From Chrysomallon squamiferum (lineage: Eukaryota; Animalia; Mollusca): a stretch of DNA of 64,000 bases. Where the stretch lies: NCBI GenBank assembly GCA_012295275.1, contig CM022677.1, positions 1,054,001 to 1,118,000 of the forward strand, written 5' to 3'. Each line of letters opens with the position of its first letter. The first letter of the stretch is position 1. Below the pieces are notes generated by a model. It was not told where the DNA came from. It saw only the letters and a list, made by a program, of their open reading frames with translations, and did not search any database. The translations under genes and the position numbers were made by a program. This document shows, piece after piece, positions 1 to 11,648 of the stretch.

Positions 1-65
1 TATTTTAGTATTTGATTTTTTTTTTTTTTTGTGAAAGAATAATTTATAATTAATTAATTAATTAA

Positions 66-227
<162 letters not shown>

Positions 228-344
228 TGACACACATTAATACCATTATTTTTATAATTAAAAGGTAAAAGAAATTTATTACACACTTCAAATAAGATTC
301 CTTTAATTTCATGACATTCATAATTTTATTTAGTCAAGATACCA

Positions 345-660
345 CTGTGTTTGTGTACATGTATATGTTCATATGTGAGTGTATGTACATGTTAGTGTGT
401 TTGTGTGTATGTGTGTTACATGTTTGTGTTGTGTTTGTGTGTATGTGAATGTATGTGTTTGTGTATGTGTTATATGTTTGTATGTGTTGTGAATATGTAT
501 TGTGTGTTTGTGTGTATGTATGTTATGTGTTTGTATGTATGTGTTGTGTGTATGTGAATGTATGTTCATGTTAGTGTTCGTATGTATGTGTTGTGTGTTT
601 GTGTGTATGTATGTTATGTGTTTGTGTATGTGAATGTACGTGCATGTTAGTATGTATGTG
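345..660. repeat. Degenerate (TG/TGTA)n microsatellite in NUDT12 intron
   Basis: Direct inspection; explains the H/T-rich ORF 369..689. Confidence 0.9.
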
Positions 661-695
661 TTATTATTGTAGTGTTTGTTTTGATACAAATGTAG

Positions 696-847
696 GAGAA
701 AGTCTGGAGGACACTTGTAGGAGGGAGGTCAGGGAGGAGAGTGGGGTGACAGTGGGGCGGGTGGAGTATCACTCCAGTCAGCCGTGGCCATTTCCAGCTG
801 TTCTCATGCTTGGCTGCATCACATACGCCAAAACAGACGAAATCCAG
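696..847 (+). CDS. NUDT12: NUDT12 penultimate coding exon (Nudix box)
   Basis: tgtag|..|gtaagt. It encodes [17 protein letters not shown] (Nudix box GX5EX7REUXEEXG) and SQPWPFP (NADH pyrophosphatase signature). Phase is consistent with both neighbours. Confidence 0.96.
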
Positions 848-1596
848 GTAAGTCATTTCGGAACAGTTAAAAATGGCATAATTAGTTTGAAAAGCTCATT
901 TTGAATTTTACAAAACTGGAAAGATTTCACAATCTACAATAATGCTGCAGTTATTTTATTGTTTATGAATCTAAGCAAGAAAAAAATGTTTTGTGTGTTC
1001 CGTGTAGAGACATATCCCAGTCTGCATCTTTTAAACTTTGTTAAAATAGCAACAAAATTAAAAATAAAAATAAATGGTGTTTTTTAATGAGACTTTGGAT
1101 AAACACCTACATTTTATTTTTGTGATAGTTGCCGTGATAGAAGGTTGTTGTCATTTCATTGTTTTTTTCCAGTTATCTCATAATTCAGTTCTAAATTTCA
1201 TTTTAACATCACTGAGACAACCAGACAACACAAATCAGTATGCAGAGTAATGAGGAAATATGCTCTTTCTTCTGTTTCTTTTCAATAATGGTCCTTTGCT
1301 TTTTATTTATTCTCGTGTATTTTATCTCGGGATTAAAAACAAAAAGCAGACAAAAAGTAATCAACATCATATTTTGTCTCAATACACATAAATAATTGCA
1401 TGAACAAAAACTTGTTTACAAAGTTGTATTTACATATCTTGGGTTTATTTGTGTATTATTGTACTTATATACAGGAAAATAAGTTATGTTTAATATCTGT
1501 TGTGTGTGTGAGTGTGTTATAATGTTAATAATGAATGTTTTGGTTTTACATATGTGTTGCTAAACAAACTTATTATTTTCGACACATAGTACTATT

Positions 1597-1686
1597 ACTG
1601 TTATCTGCATTAACTGTTTATTAGTTTTAGTGTAAAACTGTTATCTGCATTAACTGTTTATTACTAATGTTTTAGTGTAAAACTGC
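1597..1686. repeat. Two-copy ~40-45 bp tandem duplication just upstream of the NUDT12 last-exon acceptor
   Basis: actgttatctgcattaactgtttatta...gttttagtgtaaa occurs twice in tandem. Confidence 0.8.
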
Positions 1687-1699
1687 TGTATTGTTGCAG

Positions 1700-1858
1700 G
1701 TGGACACACAGGAGCTGGAAGATGCTCGATGGTTTACTCGACAGGAAGCTGCAGAGATGTTGACACATCAGCACCCTGGGGGTCTGTTTGTGCCCCCACG
1801 TCAAGCCATCGCCCATCAGCTGATCAAAACCTGGGTCAGCCGCACCTCCAACCTGTAA
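1700..1858 (+). CDS. NUDT12: NUDT12 last coding exon, ending in PTS1-like SNL
   Basis: ttgcag|VDTQELEDARWFTRQ...FVPPRQAIAHQLIKTWVSRTSNL*. It matches the NUDT12 C-terminus (human ends PNL). TAA at 1856-1858; candidate AATAAA at 2488-2493. Confidence 0.94.
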   Translation: MDTQELEDARWFTRQEAAEMLTHQHPGGLFVPPRQAIAHQLIKTWVSRTSNL

Positions 1859-2366
1859 CACACTAAAACAGACTTCATTCACCTCCAAACTGTAACACAC
1901 TAAAACAGACTTCATTCACCTCCAACCTGTAACACACTAAAACAGACTTCATTCACCTCCAACCTGTAACACGCTGAAACAGACTTCATTCACCTCCAAC
2001 CTGTAACACGCTTTGACTTCATTCACCTCCAAACTGTAACATGCTAAAACAGACTTCATTCACCTCCAACCTGTAACACACTAAAACAGACTTCATTCAC
2101 CTCCAACCTGTAACACGCTGAAACAGACTTCATTCACCTCCAACCTGTAACACGCTGAAACAGACTTCATTCACCTCCAACCTGTAACACGCTGAAACAG
2201 ACTTCATTCACCTCCAACCTGTAACACGCTAAAACAGACTTCATTCACCTCCAACCTGTAACACGCTAAAACAGACTTCATTCACCTCCAACCTGTAACA
2301 CACTAAAACAGACTTCATTCACCTCCAACCTGTAACACACTAAAACAGACTTCATTCACCTCCAAA
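1843..2366 (+). repeat. 37-bp minisatellite, ~14 copies, beginning inside the NUDT12 CDS and including its stop codon
   Basis: Unit CACCTCCAACCTGTAACACACTAAAACAGACTTCATT, near-identical copies. Confidence 0.95.
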
Positions 2367-3327
2367 TGATTCCAAACAGGTTATTTTTGCAAATAATCAA
2401 AGAATCATCAGAAAATAACCTGTCAGTATTTATTTACAGTGATTCACACATTTCATCTCATAACTGTCTTATTAATCCCAGTTTACAAATAAACTGACAA
2501 TATTTATATCTTTAATTTAGATATATCTGTTATAGAAGACAATCAGATATTCACCAAATTCAGGACAAAATTTTGTTATCAAATTATTTAAATTATTTTC
2601 ATAATTATTTTTTCTACTCATCAACTTTAAAATAAAAAGTGTATAACAAAAAAAACTGATTTGTTGTGAAATGTTTGAATTCCTTTTACAGTTGTTAACG
2701 TTATTTAATCATCTTAAATTAACAGTTTTTGTGAGCTACTGTTTGCACTGTTTAACATATTCAGTACAAAAAGTTGTAAATGATTTTTATACAAAAAAAA
2801 ACGTGTAAAAGAGTTACAAATAAGATTTATAAATACATGTTTTCATGTTTTAATTTAAACAGTTTGTAACAAACATATTAGCATCACAGTTGTTGATATT
2901 GAAATAATCCACTGTACAAATGAACTGACAGTTTTCAAGTCAGTTCCCGAAAGCTGTTTACACAAGTATTAATGAGTATGTGTGCTTCATACAGAGTTAG
3001 TAAAACCTCAGATGAAAATAAAACTAATTAATGAAATACTTGGCCTAGCATTCATTTTCAGTTTAGCATTGATACAGTATATTTTTAAATTATTATAATG
3101 CAAGTATTATTATTTAATTATTTTCTTTTTACATGGACACATATACATTTTATATTGTTTATAAATAATTTGAAAGCTTGTTGAAATAACATCATTTCTG
3201 TATAATGAAAGCTTTCTTTAATCAAACAATAATTTTTAATGCTGGGCGGTTTCCTACATCACAGTAGAGCAGTTTACAATCTGGAGAAACAAACAGGCAT
3301 TGTTTACTTTTCTCTTTATCAACGAAA

Positions 3328-3359
<32 letters not shown>

Positions 3360-3457
3360 CTGATTTTATTTCTTAAATTTCTAGATGAATGTTCACTGTT
3401 TACTTCATCTGTCAGTGACAGAAGAGTGAAAGAATGGATTTAGTTTGTTACAGAGTA

Positions 3458-3651
3458 TCAGCTGTACTGAGAGGGGGGAGTAGTTGTGTCTGGCAGAAAT
3501 GTCTGAGAGGAGGCGGAGAAGAGAATGTCCATCGACCCCATCACCTCCATCAGCTGCTTCATGTAGGTCAGCTCGCAGTCCACGATGTCTTTCAGTCTGT
3601 ACAGAGACTTGCCCAGTTCCCCACTGTCTGCTATCTTGTCCGAGTACACAT
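3458..3651 (-). CDS. UTP15: UTP15 exon 13 (last coding exon)
   Basis: (D)VYSDKIADSGELGKSLYRLKDIVDCELTYMKQLMEVMGSMDILFS...QYS*, UTP15 C-terminal domain. Candidate poly(A) signal (TTTATT on +) at 3365-3370. Confidence 0.92.
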
Positions 3652-3757
3652 CTGAAAAAAACAGGTTTTCTCTGATTACCTCCCTTTAATCACTTTAAAC
3701 TACTATTTTGTATTATTGTGTCTGTTGTTTGTAACAAAACATCAAAAAAAAACTTAC

Positions 3758-3816
3758 CCAGTAACAAACTGGCTAAGCCTGTCAGAGTGTGACTGTATCT
3801 TGGATTTGTTATAAAC
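3758..3816 (-). CDS. UTP15: UTP15 exon 12
   Basis: 59 nt, AG/GT flanks, (R)FITNPRYSHTLTGLASLLL; phases match neighbours. Confidence 0.9.
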
Positions 3817-3899
3817 CTAAAAAAAACAACAACATAATTTTAAATAATTTTCAACAAAAAAAATTACCAAAAGTACTATTTACAATGTTAAAGTGAATT

Positions 3900-3921
3900 C
3901 ACACACACACACAGAGACACA

Positions 3922-3978
<57 letters not shown>

Positions 3979-4020
3979 ACGCATACACAGACAGAGACAG
4001 ACACAGACACACACACACAC
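3900..4020. repeat. (CA)n microsatellite abutting the UTP15 exon 11 donor
   Basis: Direct inspection. Confidence 0.95.
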
Positions 4021-4027
4021 TACTGAC

Positions 4028-4161
4028 CTCTGAATGAATGTTAGAATGGGTCTGAGAGACTTGTCCGTGCGTCCAGCGATCGCGGACCTGATTGCCCCCC
4101 TCCTGGTCAGCTCCTGTATCACACTGATGGTTACCTCTGGCTGACTAGAATGAACTTTCCT
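4028..4161 (-). CDS. UTP15: UTP15 exon 11
   Basis: 134 nt, RKVHSSQPEVTISVIQELTRRGAIRSAIAGRTDKSLRPILTFIQR; matches the UTP15_C motif PE.TVS.I.EL.RRG.L..ALAGRD. Confidence 0.95.
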
Positions 4162-4463
4162 CTGAAAACAAAAAAAAATGTACTCAACAGCACCAAAAAT
4201 ATAGCAATCCATTCCTCACTATCACACCTGTCCTATATGTGACCAGGTTCCTTTCTTACCAGCTTCTAAACAATCAGTGACAGATCTTAATGTATCGAAA
4301 TAAATATTTTGCTTATTAAAGTGCATACATGAATAATTTGAACTTTAAAAATAAATATTTTGTTTGGATGAATCTTTCCTAACAGTTTAACATTTTTGTA
4401 CAATAAAGCACCCATGTCAAGTTTTTATTATCAAAGGTTTCTAAGTGAGCAGTGAGTACTCAC

Positions 4464-4565
4464 ATGAAATGCAGCATCCAGAGCCTCGCTGTGCTGAAAT
4501 CTCCTGAAGAACGTGTCGTACTTGGCAAACCTCTCTTTCCTCTTGTGACTGACTGCGTGGTCCCC
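4464..4565 (-). CDS. UTP15: UTP15 exon 10
   Basis: 102 nt, GDHAVSHKRKERFAKYDTFFRRFQHSEALDAAFH; ttcag| and |gtgagt flanks. Confidence 0.92.
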
Positions 4566-6075
4566 CTGAAACAAACATCACACATCTACATGATCCCCCT
4601 GAAACATCACACATCTACATGATCCCCCTGAAACATCACACATCTACATGATCCCCCTGAAACATCACACATCTACATGGTCCCCCTGAAACAAACATCA
4701 CACATCTACATGATCCCCCTGAAACAAACATCACACATCTACATGATCCCCCTGAAACAAACATCACTCATCTACATGATCCCCCTGAAACAAACTTCAC
4801 ACATCTACATGATCCCCCTGAAACAAACATCACACATCTACATGATCCCCCTGAAACATCACACATCTACATGATCCCCCTGAAACAAACATCACACATC
4901 TACATGATCCCCCTGAAACATCACACATCTACTTGATCCCCCTGAAACAAACATCACACATCTACATGATCCCCCTGAAACAAACATCACACATCTACAT
5001 GATCCCCCTGAAACAAACATCACACATCTACATGATCCCCTGAAACATCTAAAAACAAACATCACACATCAACATGATCCCCTGAAACATTCTACATGAA
5101 AACAAACATCACACATCAACATGATCCCCTGAAACATCACACATCTACATGATCCCCCTGAAACACACATCACACATCTACATGATCCCCCTGAAACATC
5201 ACACATCTACATAATCATTCTAAAACAAATATCACATCAACATGATCATTCTAAAACAAACATCACATCAACATGATCATTCTAAAACAAACATCACACA
5301 TCAACATGATCATTCTAAAACAAATATCACATCAACATGATCATTCTAAAACAAATATCACATCAACATGATCATTCTAAAACATCACACATCTACATAA
5401 TCATTCTAAAACAAACATCACACATCTACATGATCATTGTAAAAACAAACATCACACATCTACATGATCATTGTAAAACATCACACATCTACATGATCAT
5501 TCTAAAACAAATATCACATCTACATGATCATTCTAAAACACGCATCACACATCTACATGATCATTCTAAAACAAACATCACACATCTACATGATCATTGT
5601 AAAACATCACACATCTACATGATCATTCTAAAACAAATATCACATCTAGTTGATCATTCTAAAACACACATCACACATCTACATGATCATTGTAAAACCA
5701 CACATCTACATGATCATTCTAAAACAAACATACATCAACATGATCATTCTAAAACATCACACATCTACATGATCATTGTAAAAACAAACATCACACATCT
5801 ACATGATCATTGTAAAACATCACACATCTACATGATCATTCTAAAACAAACATCATACATCAACATGATCATTCTAAAACATCACACATCTACATGATCA
5901 TTGTAAAAACAAACATCACACATCTACATGATCATTGTAAAACATCACACATCTACATGATCATTCTAAAACAAATATCACATCTACATGATCATTCTAA
6001 AACACACATCACACATCTACATGATCATTGTAAAACCACACATCTACATGATCATTCTAAAACAAACATCATACA
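4560..6075. repeat. 29-33 bp minisatellite filling UTP15 intron 9 and containing copies of the exon 10 splice acceptor
   Basis: Unit tccccctgaaacaaacatcacacatctacatga near the exon, changing to tcattctaaaacaaacatcacacatctacatga after ~5200. Confidence 0.95.
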
Positions 6076-6152
6076 TCCAGATGATCTAAAAAACCCACCA
6101 AAAACCTCTTGCACTCACTACAAGAGCTGTCAAATACGTATGTAATCTATCT

Positions 6153-6230
6153 ACACTCAGTGTTGTATGTGATACACTCAGTGTTGTATGTGGTACACTC
6201 AGTGTTGTATGTGGTACACTCAGTGTTGTA
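6153..6230. repeat. 21-bp tandem repeat, ~4 copies
   Basis: acactcagtgttgtatgtggt, ending ~25 bp from the exon 9 donor. Confidence 0.85.
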
Positions 6231-6255
6231 TCTGACACACAAATGGTTAACTCAC

Positions 6256-6405
6256 GGAATGTGGGATGTAAATTTTCCCCTTCACGTTGTGTCTGAATGA
6301 CGATTTCTTCTTTGTTTTCATCTTCTGTTTTGTGTTGTCAGTTTTTCTCTTCTGAACTGACAAAAGTCCATCAGTCATCCCCACCACCACCAGACTGTCG
6401 TCAGG
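6256..6405 (-). CDS. UTP15: UTP15 exon 9
   Basis: 150 nt, PDDSLVVVGMTDGLLSVQKRK...KGKIYIPHS; end of the WD40 propeller plus basic linker. Confidence 0.95.
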
Positions 6406-6556
6406 CTGAAAACAGACAAGATTTTTCAAAGTCTAGCAAAGTGTGTGCTATGTACTGCACTGTAAAATGAATTAAATCTAATTTTCTGGCATACTATTCA
6501 TTTTAAAAAACACATTTTCATTTTATTTTTTGAAAATGTAATCAGGGGAAAGAATA

Positions 6557-7308
6557 CAGTGGTACCTTGACTTACAAATTTTCTGAGTTACGAGCACTCA
6601 CCTGGTCGATTTTTTGCAAGCCACAATCCAAGTTACAAGCAAGTTGGCACAACGAACAACACAACATCTGCCTAGCATCCCACATCTACTCGTTTGCTTC
6701 ACATCCTTACCTCACTGTGGAAGCATCTCTGTTGTGTTGTTCTCGTGTTTTGTGCAATTTCTTGCCAAATTTCCATGGATCCTTAGAAAATGAGTCAAAG
6801 GAAAGTGCTGAGAAGAAGAAGCGGAGTATGTCCTTTGAATTAAAAAATCATTGAAAAACATTCAAGGTGTGCATGTAGTCGACATTGGCTAGGCAGTATG
6901 AGTGTACTACTTCTATGATATGTGCCATACTGAAGCAGAAGGAGTCAATAAAAGCTATAACTCCAGCCAAAGGCATTAAAATAATTTCTAAGCTGTGGAC
7001 CTCTGTCCATGAAAAGATGGAGAAACCCTAACCCTGTACACTTTACAAAACCAATTTATTTCTTTACATTATCCCTTCTTTTCTTTTTTTTAATACAATA
7101 TGTGTCATTTATACATACATTTTTCTTATTTAAAAACATGTTACAAAAAATTGGGGTTTTTTTGTGGGGGCTGGAACAGATTAATGGGATTTCAATTAAT
7201 TTCAGTTAGAAAAATGAGCAAATTGGAAAAATTGATTTGATATACGAGTAAACTGAGTTACAAGCTCGGCCACAGAACAAATTAAACTCCTAAGTCAAGG
7301 TACCACTG
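6557..7308 (+). mobile_element. Internally deleted Tigger/pogo-family (Tc1/mariner superfamily) DNA transposon
   Basis: Perfect 18-bp TIRs CAGTGGTACCTTGACTTA / TAAGTCAAGGTACCACTG, TA on both sides (6555-56, 7309-10). Degenerate N-terminal CENP-B/psq HTH transposase remnant at ~6775-7025 (SAEKKKRSMSFELK..IIEKH..GVHVVD/LARQYECTTSMICAILKQKESIKAITPAKGIKIISKLWTSVHEKMEK) with a stop and frameshifts; no DDE domain. Confidence 0.9.
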
Positions 7309-7374
7309 TAGTTAAAATTTTATTCAGAACACTTTCTCATTTCTAAAGTTAAAGATCATAATAATAAAAATTCC

Positions 7375-8152
7375 CAGTGTGTGTTGTTCTGTGTGTGTGT
7401 TTAGCAGTGTGTCAGTGTGTGTATTTGTGTGTAGCTGTGTATATTTGTGTGTGTACAAGTGTGTAGGTGTATATATTTGTGTGTATACAATTATGTATGT
7501 GTAGGTATATTAGTGTGTGTATACGTGTCTATGTGTGTGTATTTGTGAGTACATGTGTAGGTGTGTATGTTAGTATGTGTACATGTGTAGGTGTGTATGT
7601 TAGTATGTGTACATGTGTAGGTGTATGTTTGTGTGTGTACATATGTGTAGCGTGTGTGTGTACATGTGTAGGTAGGTATATTTGTGTGTGTACATGTGTA
7701 GGTAGGTATATTTTTGTGTGTACATGTGTAGGTATATATTTGTGTGTACATGTTTAGGTGTGTATATTTGTGTACATATCTGTAGGTGTGTGTGTGTACA
7801 TATGTGTAGGTGTGTATGTTAGTGTGTATGTACATGTGTATATTTGTGTGTGTAAATGTTTAGGTGTGTATGTTTGTGTATATGTGTAGGTGTGCATATT
7901 TGTGTGTGCATGTGTGTAGGTGTGTATATTTGTATGTGTACATGCGTGTAGGTGTGTAGGTGTATATCTGTGTATATCTGTGTACATGTGTGTAGGTGTG
8001 TATATGTTAGTGTGTGTGTACATGTGTGTAGGTATGTTAGTGTGTGTGTACGTGTGTAGGTGTGTATGTTAGTGTGTGTACATGTGTGTAGGTATGTTAG
8101 TGTGTGTGTACATGTGTGTAGGTGTGTATGATAGTGTGTGTGAACATGTGTA
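7375..8152. repeat. Compound TG-rich low-complexity satellite (gtgtacatgtgtag-type units)
   Basis: Direct inspection. Confidence 0.9.
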
Positions 8153-8816
8153 TAAAAAAGATTTAGCTGTTCCCTATGTAGAATATAATAATAACTGATT
8201 TAATTATTTCAATTTAAAAATAAAAATTAGTCAATAATAAAAATAACAGGCAATCTATAAACATTTCATTGGTGTCTATTATTATTTTTCTAATTCTTTA
8301 AAGCTTTGTTGTTTGTGGGCAGCATGTGAAAAATGTTGATAATTTAAACACGTTTCTGTTTATTCAATACAACGTGAAGAAAAAACTAGCCCCAGGTGCC
8401 TAATTTACAAAACATTAAAAACCTATTTACCACGGAACAATGATGTCAAAGAAAATATTCTTAACAAGAAATAAATGAGGGATGGTAAAAAATAAAAATG
8501 TTAATAAAACAAGTCATTTTCCCCCACTTCAAACTCCTCAGACAGGGTCAGAAGTAGGTTCAGTTTAGGAAAACAGAAAAAGTGTAAAAATTAAGTTTTT
8601 GGGGGGTTTGTTTTATAATGATGTTAAATCATGATGTTATCAGAAAATATTTAAAATCGCAATGAATCTAACAGAAATACAGTTCATTCTAAAAGCACTA
8701 ACATTAGTAACCATCATCATCGTCATCATCATCATCATTATAATAATAAAACAATGATAACTACTAGACATGTCACTAAAATTAATGAAATGATGAAAAA
8801 ATGAACAAACCAAAGG

Positions 8817-8853
<37 letters not shown>

Positions 8854-9357
8854 AAAGAAGAAATATCGTTATTTGTTCTTTCCTGGTCAAATCATCATGA
8901 TCATAAATACATTCTTTTGAGTTCAGCGAGGCGGGATGCATTCTATTGAGCAGTGCACAAGCGTGGCAGGCTGTGAAAGTGTTTATCTGTGACCTACACC
9001 AATCAAACACATCCCCGATTATCTGCTACAACCCATTCACTCCGGCGCTGCCCTGTGATGATTTTAGCAGAGATATCAGATACTTGCAAAGATATACGAT
9101 GCCAAAACTATGAACTTATGAGCAATTAACGTCAGTAGATTGTCAGGGACCCATCTACAAATCCATAAAGATTCAATCAAGCAAAACTGGCTTTCTCTCA
9201 TCCCATTAAAACATTTTTTTTCTAATAAGAAAATGTTGGAAGTTGATGATCATTTAAAAAACATTTGACACTGTGAATACAAATTAAGTAAAATGATTAA
9301 TGATCAGAATGTGCTACTGAGTGATAAACGCTAACGTCTTCCTATTTTTATTATTAT

Positions 9358-9390
<33 letters not shown>

Positions 9391-9856
9391 GGGGGGGTAA
9401 CTTAGCAAAAATGAAATATCATTTTCATAATAAAAAAAAAAAAAAAAAAACTGTTTTTTTCAAGAAATACATCACATGGAGTAAGTTGGAGATAATTTAT
9501 TTACACTGCAAATAAAAAGAACTAAAAAAAAAAAAGAAAAGACATATTGTACTAAAGATTTCTCTGCTTTTGAGTTTTTGTTGATAGATCTGATATCAAA
9601 CTGGAGTATAAATCACGTTATTTTATTTGCTACTATATAATAACAGAAAAAAAAAAATCAAGACATGAAAAACATTATAAAATAACAATAATCTTCAACA
9701 GAAAACTCTGTATTACACGAAACATCCTATCTCAGTTATCTCAAAACATTCTCATTTTCTAAAAATATCCAACCACATTCTTGTAAAACTACATAAAACA
9801 AGCAGAACAAATTTGAAAAATGAAGAAAATCTTTGATAGGTGTTATGATCACTTAC

Positions 9857-9941
9857 TGACACAGCCAAGCTAAGAAGAGCTCCAGGGTAGTCTAGTGTGT
9901 GCACAACCTGGTAGCTAGTCACATCATAGACCTTCACATGT
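9857..9941 (-). CDS. UTP15: UTP15 exon 8
   Basis: 85 nt, (R)HVKVYDVTSYQVVHTLDYPGALLSLAVS; WD40. Confidence 0.95.
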
Positions 9942-10500
9942 CTGAAAAAACACAATTTCTTCAAACTGTAAACTATTGTGAAAGAAGTATTCAAATACTG
10001 GCATTTGTGTTAAAACAAACACTTTTGATGCATTCTCCAGTTATTTTTTTTTTTTTATTATTTAAAACAAATACCAAACATCTATTTATGATATGTTCAT
10101 GACAAATCTAGCAATAAAGTAAACTGAAAACATTAATCACCCATTTTCAGATATCTATTTTTGTGAATTTTCTGATGTATGAACAGTTATGTGTGTTCTT
10201 CTTGTCTTACTAGAAAAATAATCAGCTGTTATTTGTAAATGCCAAAATGATACGACTTTCCGTACGTTATAGAAAAATAGACATCTCTAAATAATATGGA
10301 GATTTTTATCATAATGTTTTTTGTTTTGTTTTTTTATTTTTTCGTTGTTATTGTGGTTTCTTTGTTATTTTTTTTATTAGATATACTATTAAATACAAAG
10401 TATAAAAATGGAAGAATGTTCTTAAGGATACAAAGAATGCTTTGTGTATGATTTGGTATTTTTGAATTATGGTTTGATGACTTCTGAAATTTAGTTCATA

Positions 10501-10698
10501 GAGAGAGAGAGAGAGAAAAAAAAAGAAAGAAAAATAGACCAAGAAAGTGAGTGAGAGGGGGACAGAGAAAGAAAAGGAGAGAATGAATGAAAGCCAGAGA
10601 GAAAGTCTGAGTAAGAGAGATGGTGTGAGAGAGACAGAGATAGTGAGAGAGAGACAGAGATAGTGAGAGACAGAGATGGTGAGAGAGTCAGAGATAGT

Positions 10699-10747
<49 letters not shown>

Positions 10748-10911
10748 TGAGAGAAAGAGAGAGAGAGAGAGAGACACACACACACACAAAATGAGACACC
10801 GAGAGAGAGAAACACACACAAAATGAGAGTGAAAGAGAGACACACAAAATGAGAAAGACACACAAAATGAGAGAGAGAGAGACACACACACACACACAGA
10901 GATAGACACAC

Positions 10912-10968
<57 letters not shown>
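10501..10968. repeat. (GA)n-rich compound microsatellite next to the exon 7 donor
   Basis: Direct inspection. Confidence 0.9.
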
Positions 10969-10971
<3 letters not shown>

Positions 10972-10986
10972 AAATAAAGTAAATAC

Positions 10987-11122
10987 CTGTCCAGTGAAGC
11001 TGACATGAAGCGGTGGTAGTTGCTGCAGAATGCCAGTGCAGTGACATTTTTATGATGATGACACAGAGAGGTCAGAAGTCGACCTCCAGCCAAAACATCC
11101 CACACCTTCACAACATTACCAC
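10987..11122 (-). CDS. UTP15: UTP15 exon 7
   Basis: 136 nt, GGNVVKVWDVLAGGRLLTSLCHHHKNVTALAFCSNYHRFMSASLDR; WD40. Confidence 0.96.
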
Positions 11123-11219
11123 CTGAAAATATGTTACCATGACAACCAAAATTATTAAATAATTACTTCAAAATGATGTTAGTCTGTATTGCATAACTAA
11201 TCTTTTTCTTCAAAAAAAC

Positions 11220-11601
11220 TGTGTATGAGTGTGTATATGTGTGTGTGTGTGTATGTTTGTGTGTGCATGTGTGTATTTGTGTGTGTGTGTATGTGTATAT
11301 GTGTGTATGTGCATGTGTATGTGTGTATGCATGTGTATGTGCGTGTATGTGCATGTGTGTATGTGTATGTGTCTATGTGTATGTGTGAGTATGTGTATGT
11401 ATGTGTGAGTATGTATATGTGAGTATGTGTGTATGTGTCTGTGTTGATGTGTATGTGTGTGTGTATGTGTGTGTGTGTGGTGTATGTGTATGTGCATGTG
11501 TTTGTATGTGTATGTGCATGTGTGTGTATGTGTGAGTGTGTGTGTATGTCTGCATGTGTGTGTGTATGTGTGTATGTGTGTGTGTGTGTGTGTGTGTGCA
11601 T

Positions 11602-11640
<39 letters not shown>

Positions 11641-11648
11641 CATGTGCA
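11220..11648. repeat. (TG/TGTA)n microsatellite
   Basis: Direct inspection. Confidence 0.9.

Noticed and set aside
4677-6145. Repetitive ORFs on + (MIPLKQTSHIY..., HLHDHSKT...)
   Set aside because: Products of the intron 9 minisatellite, antisense to UTP15, with no splice or homology support.
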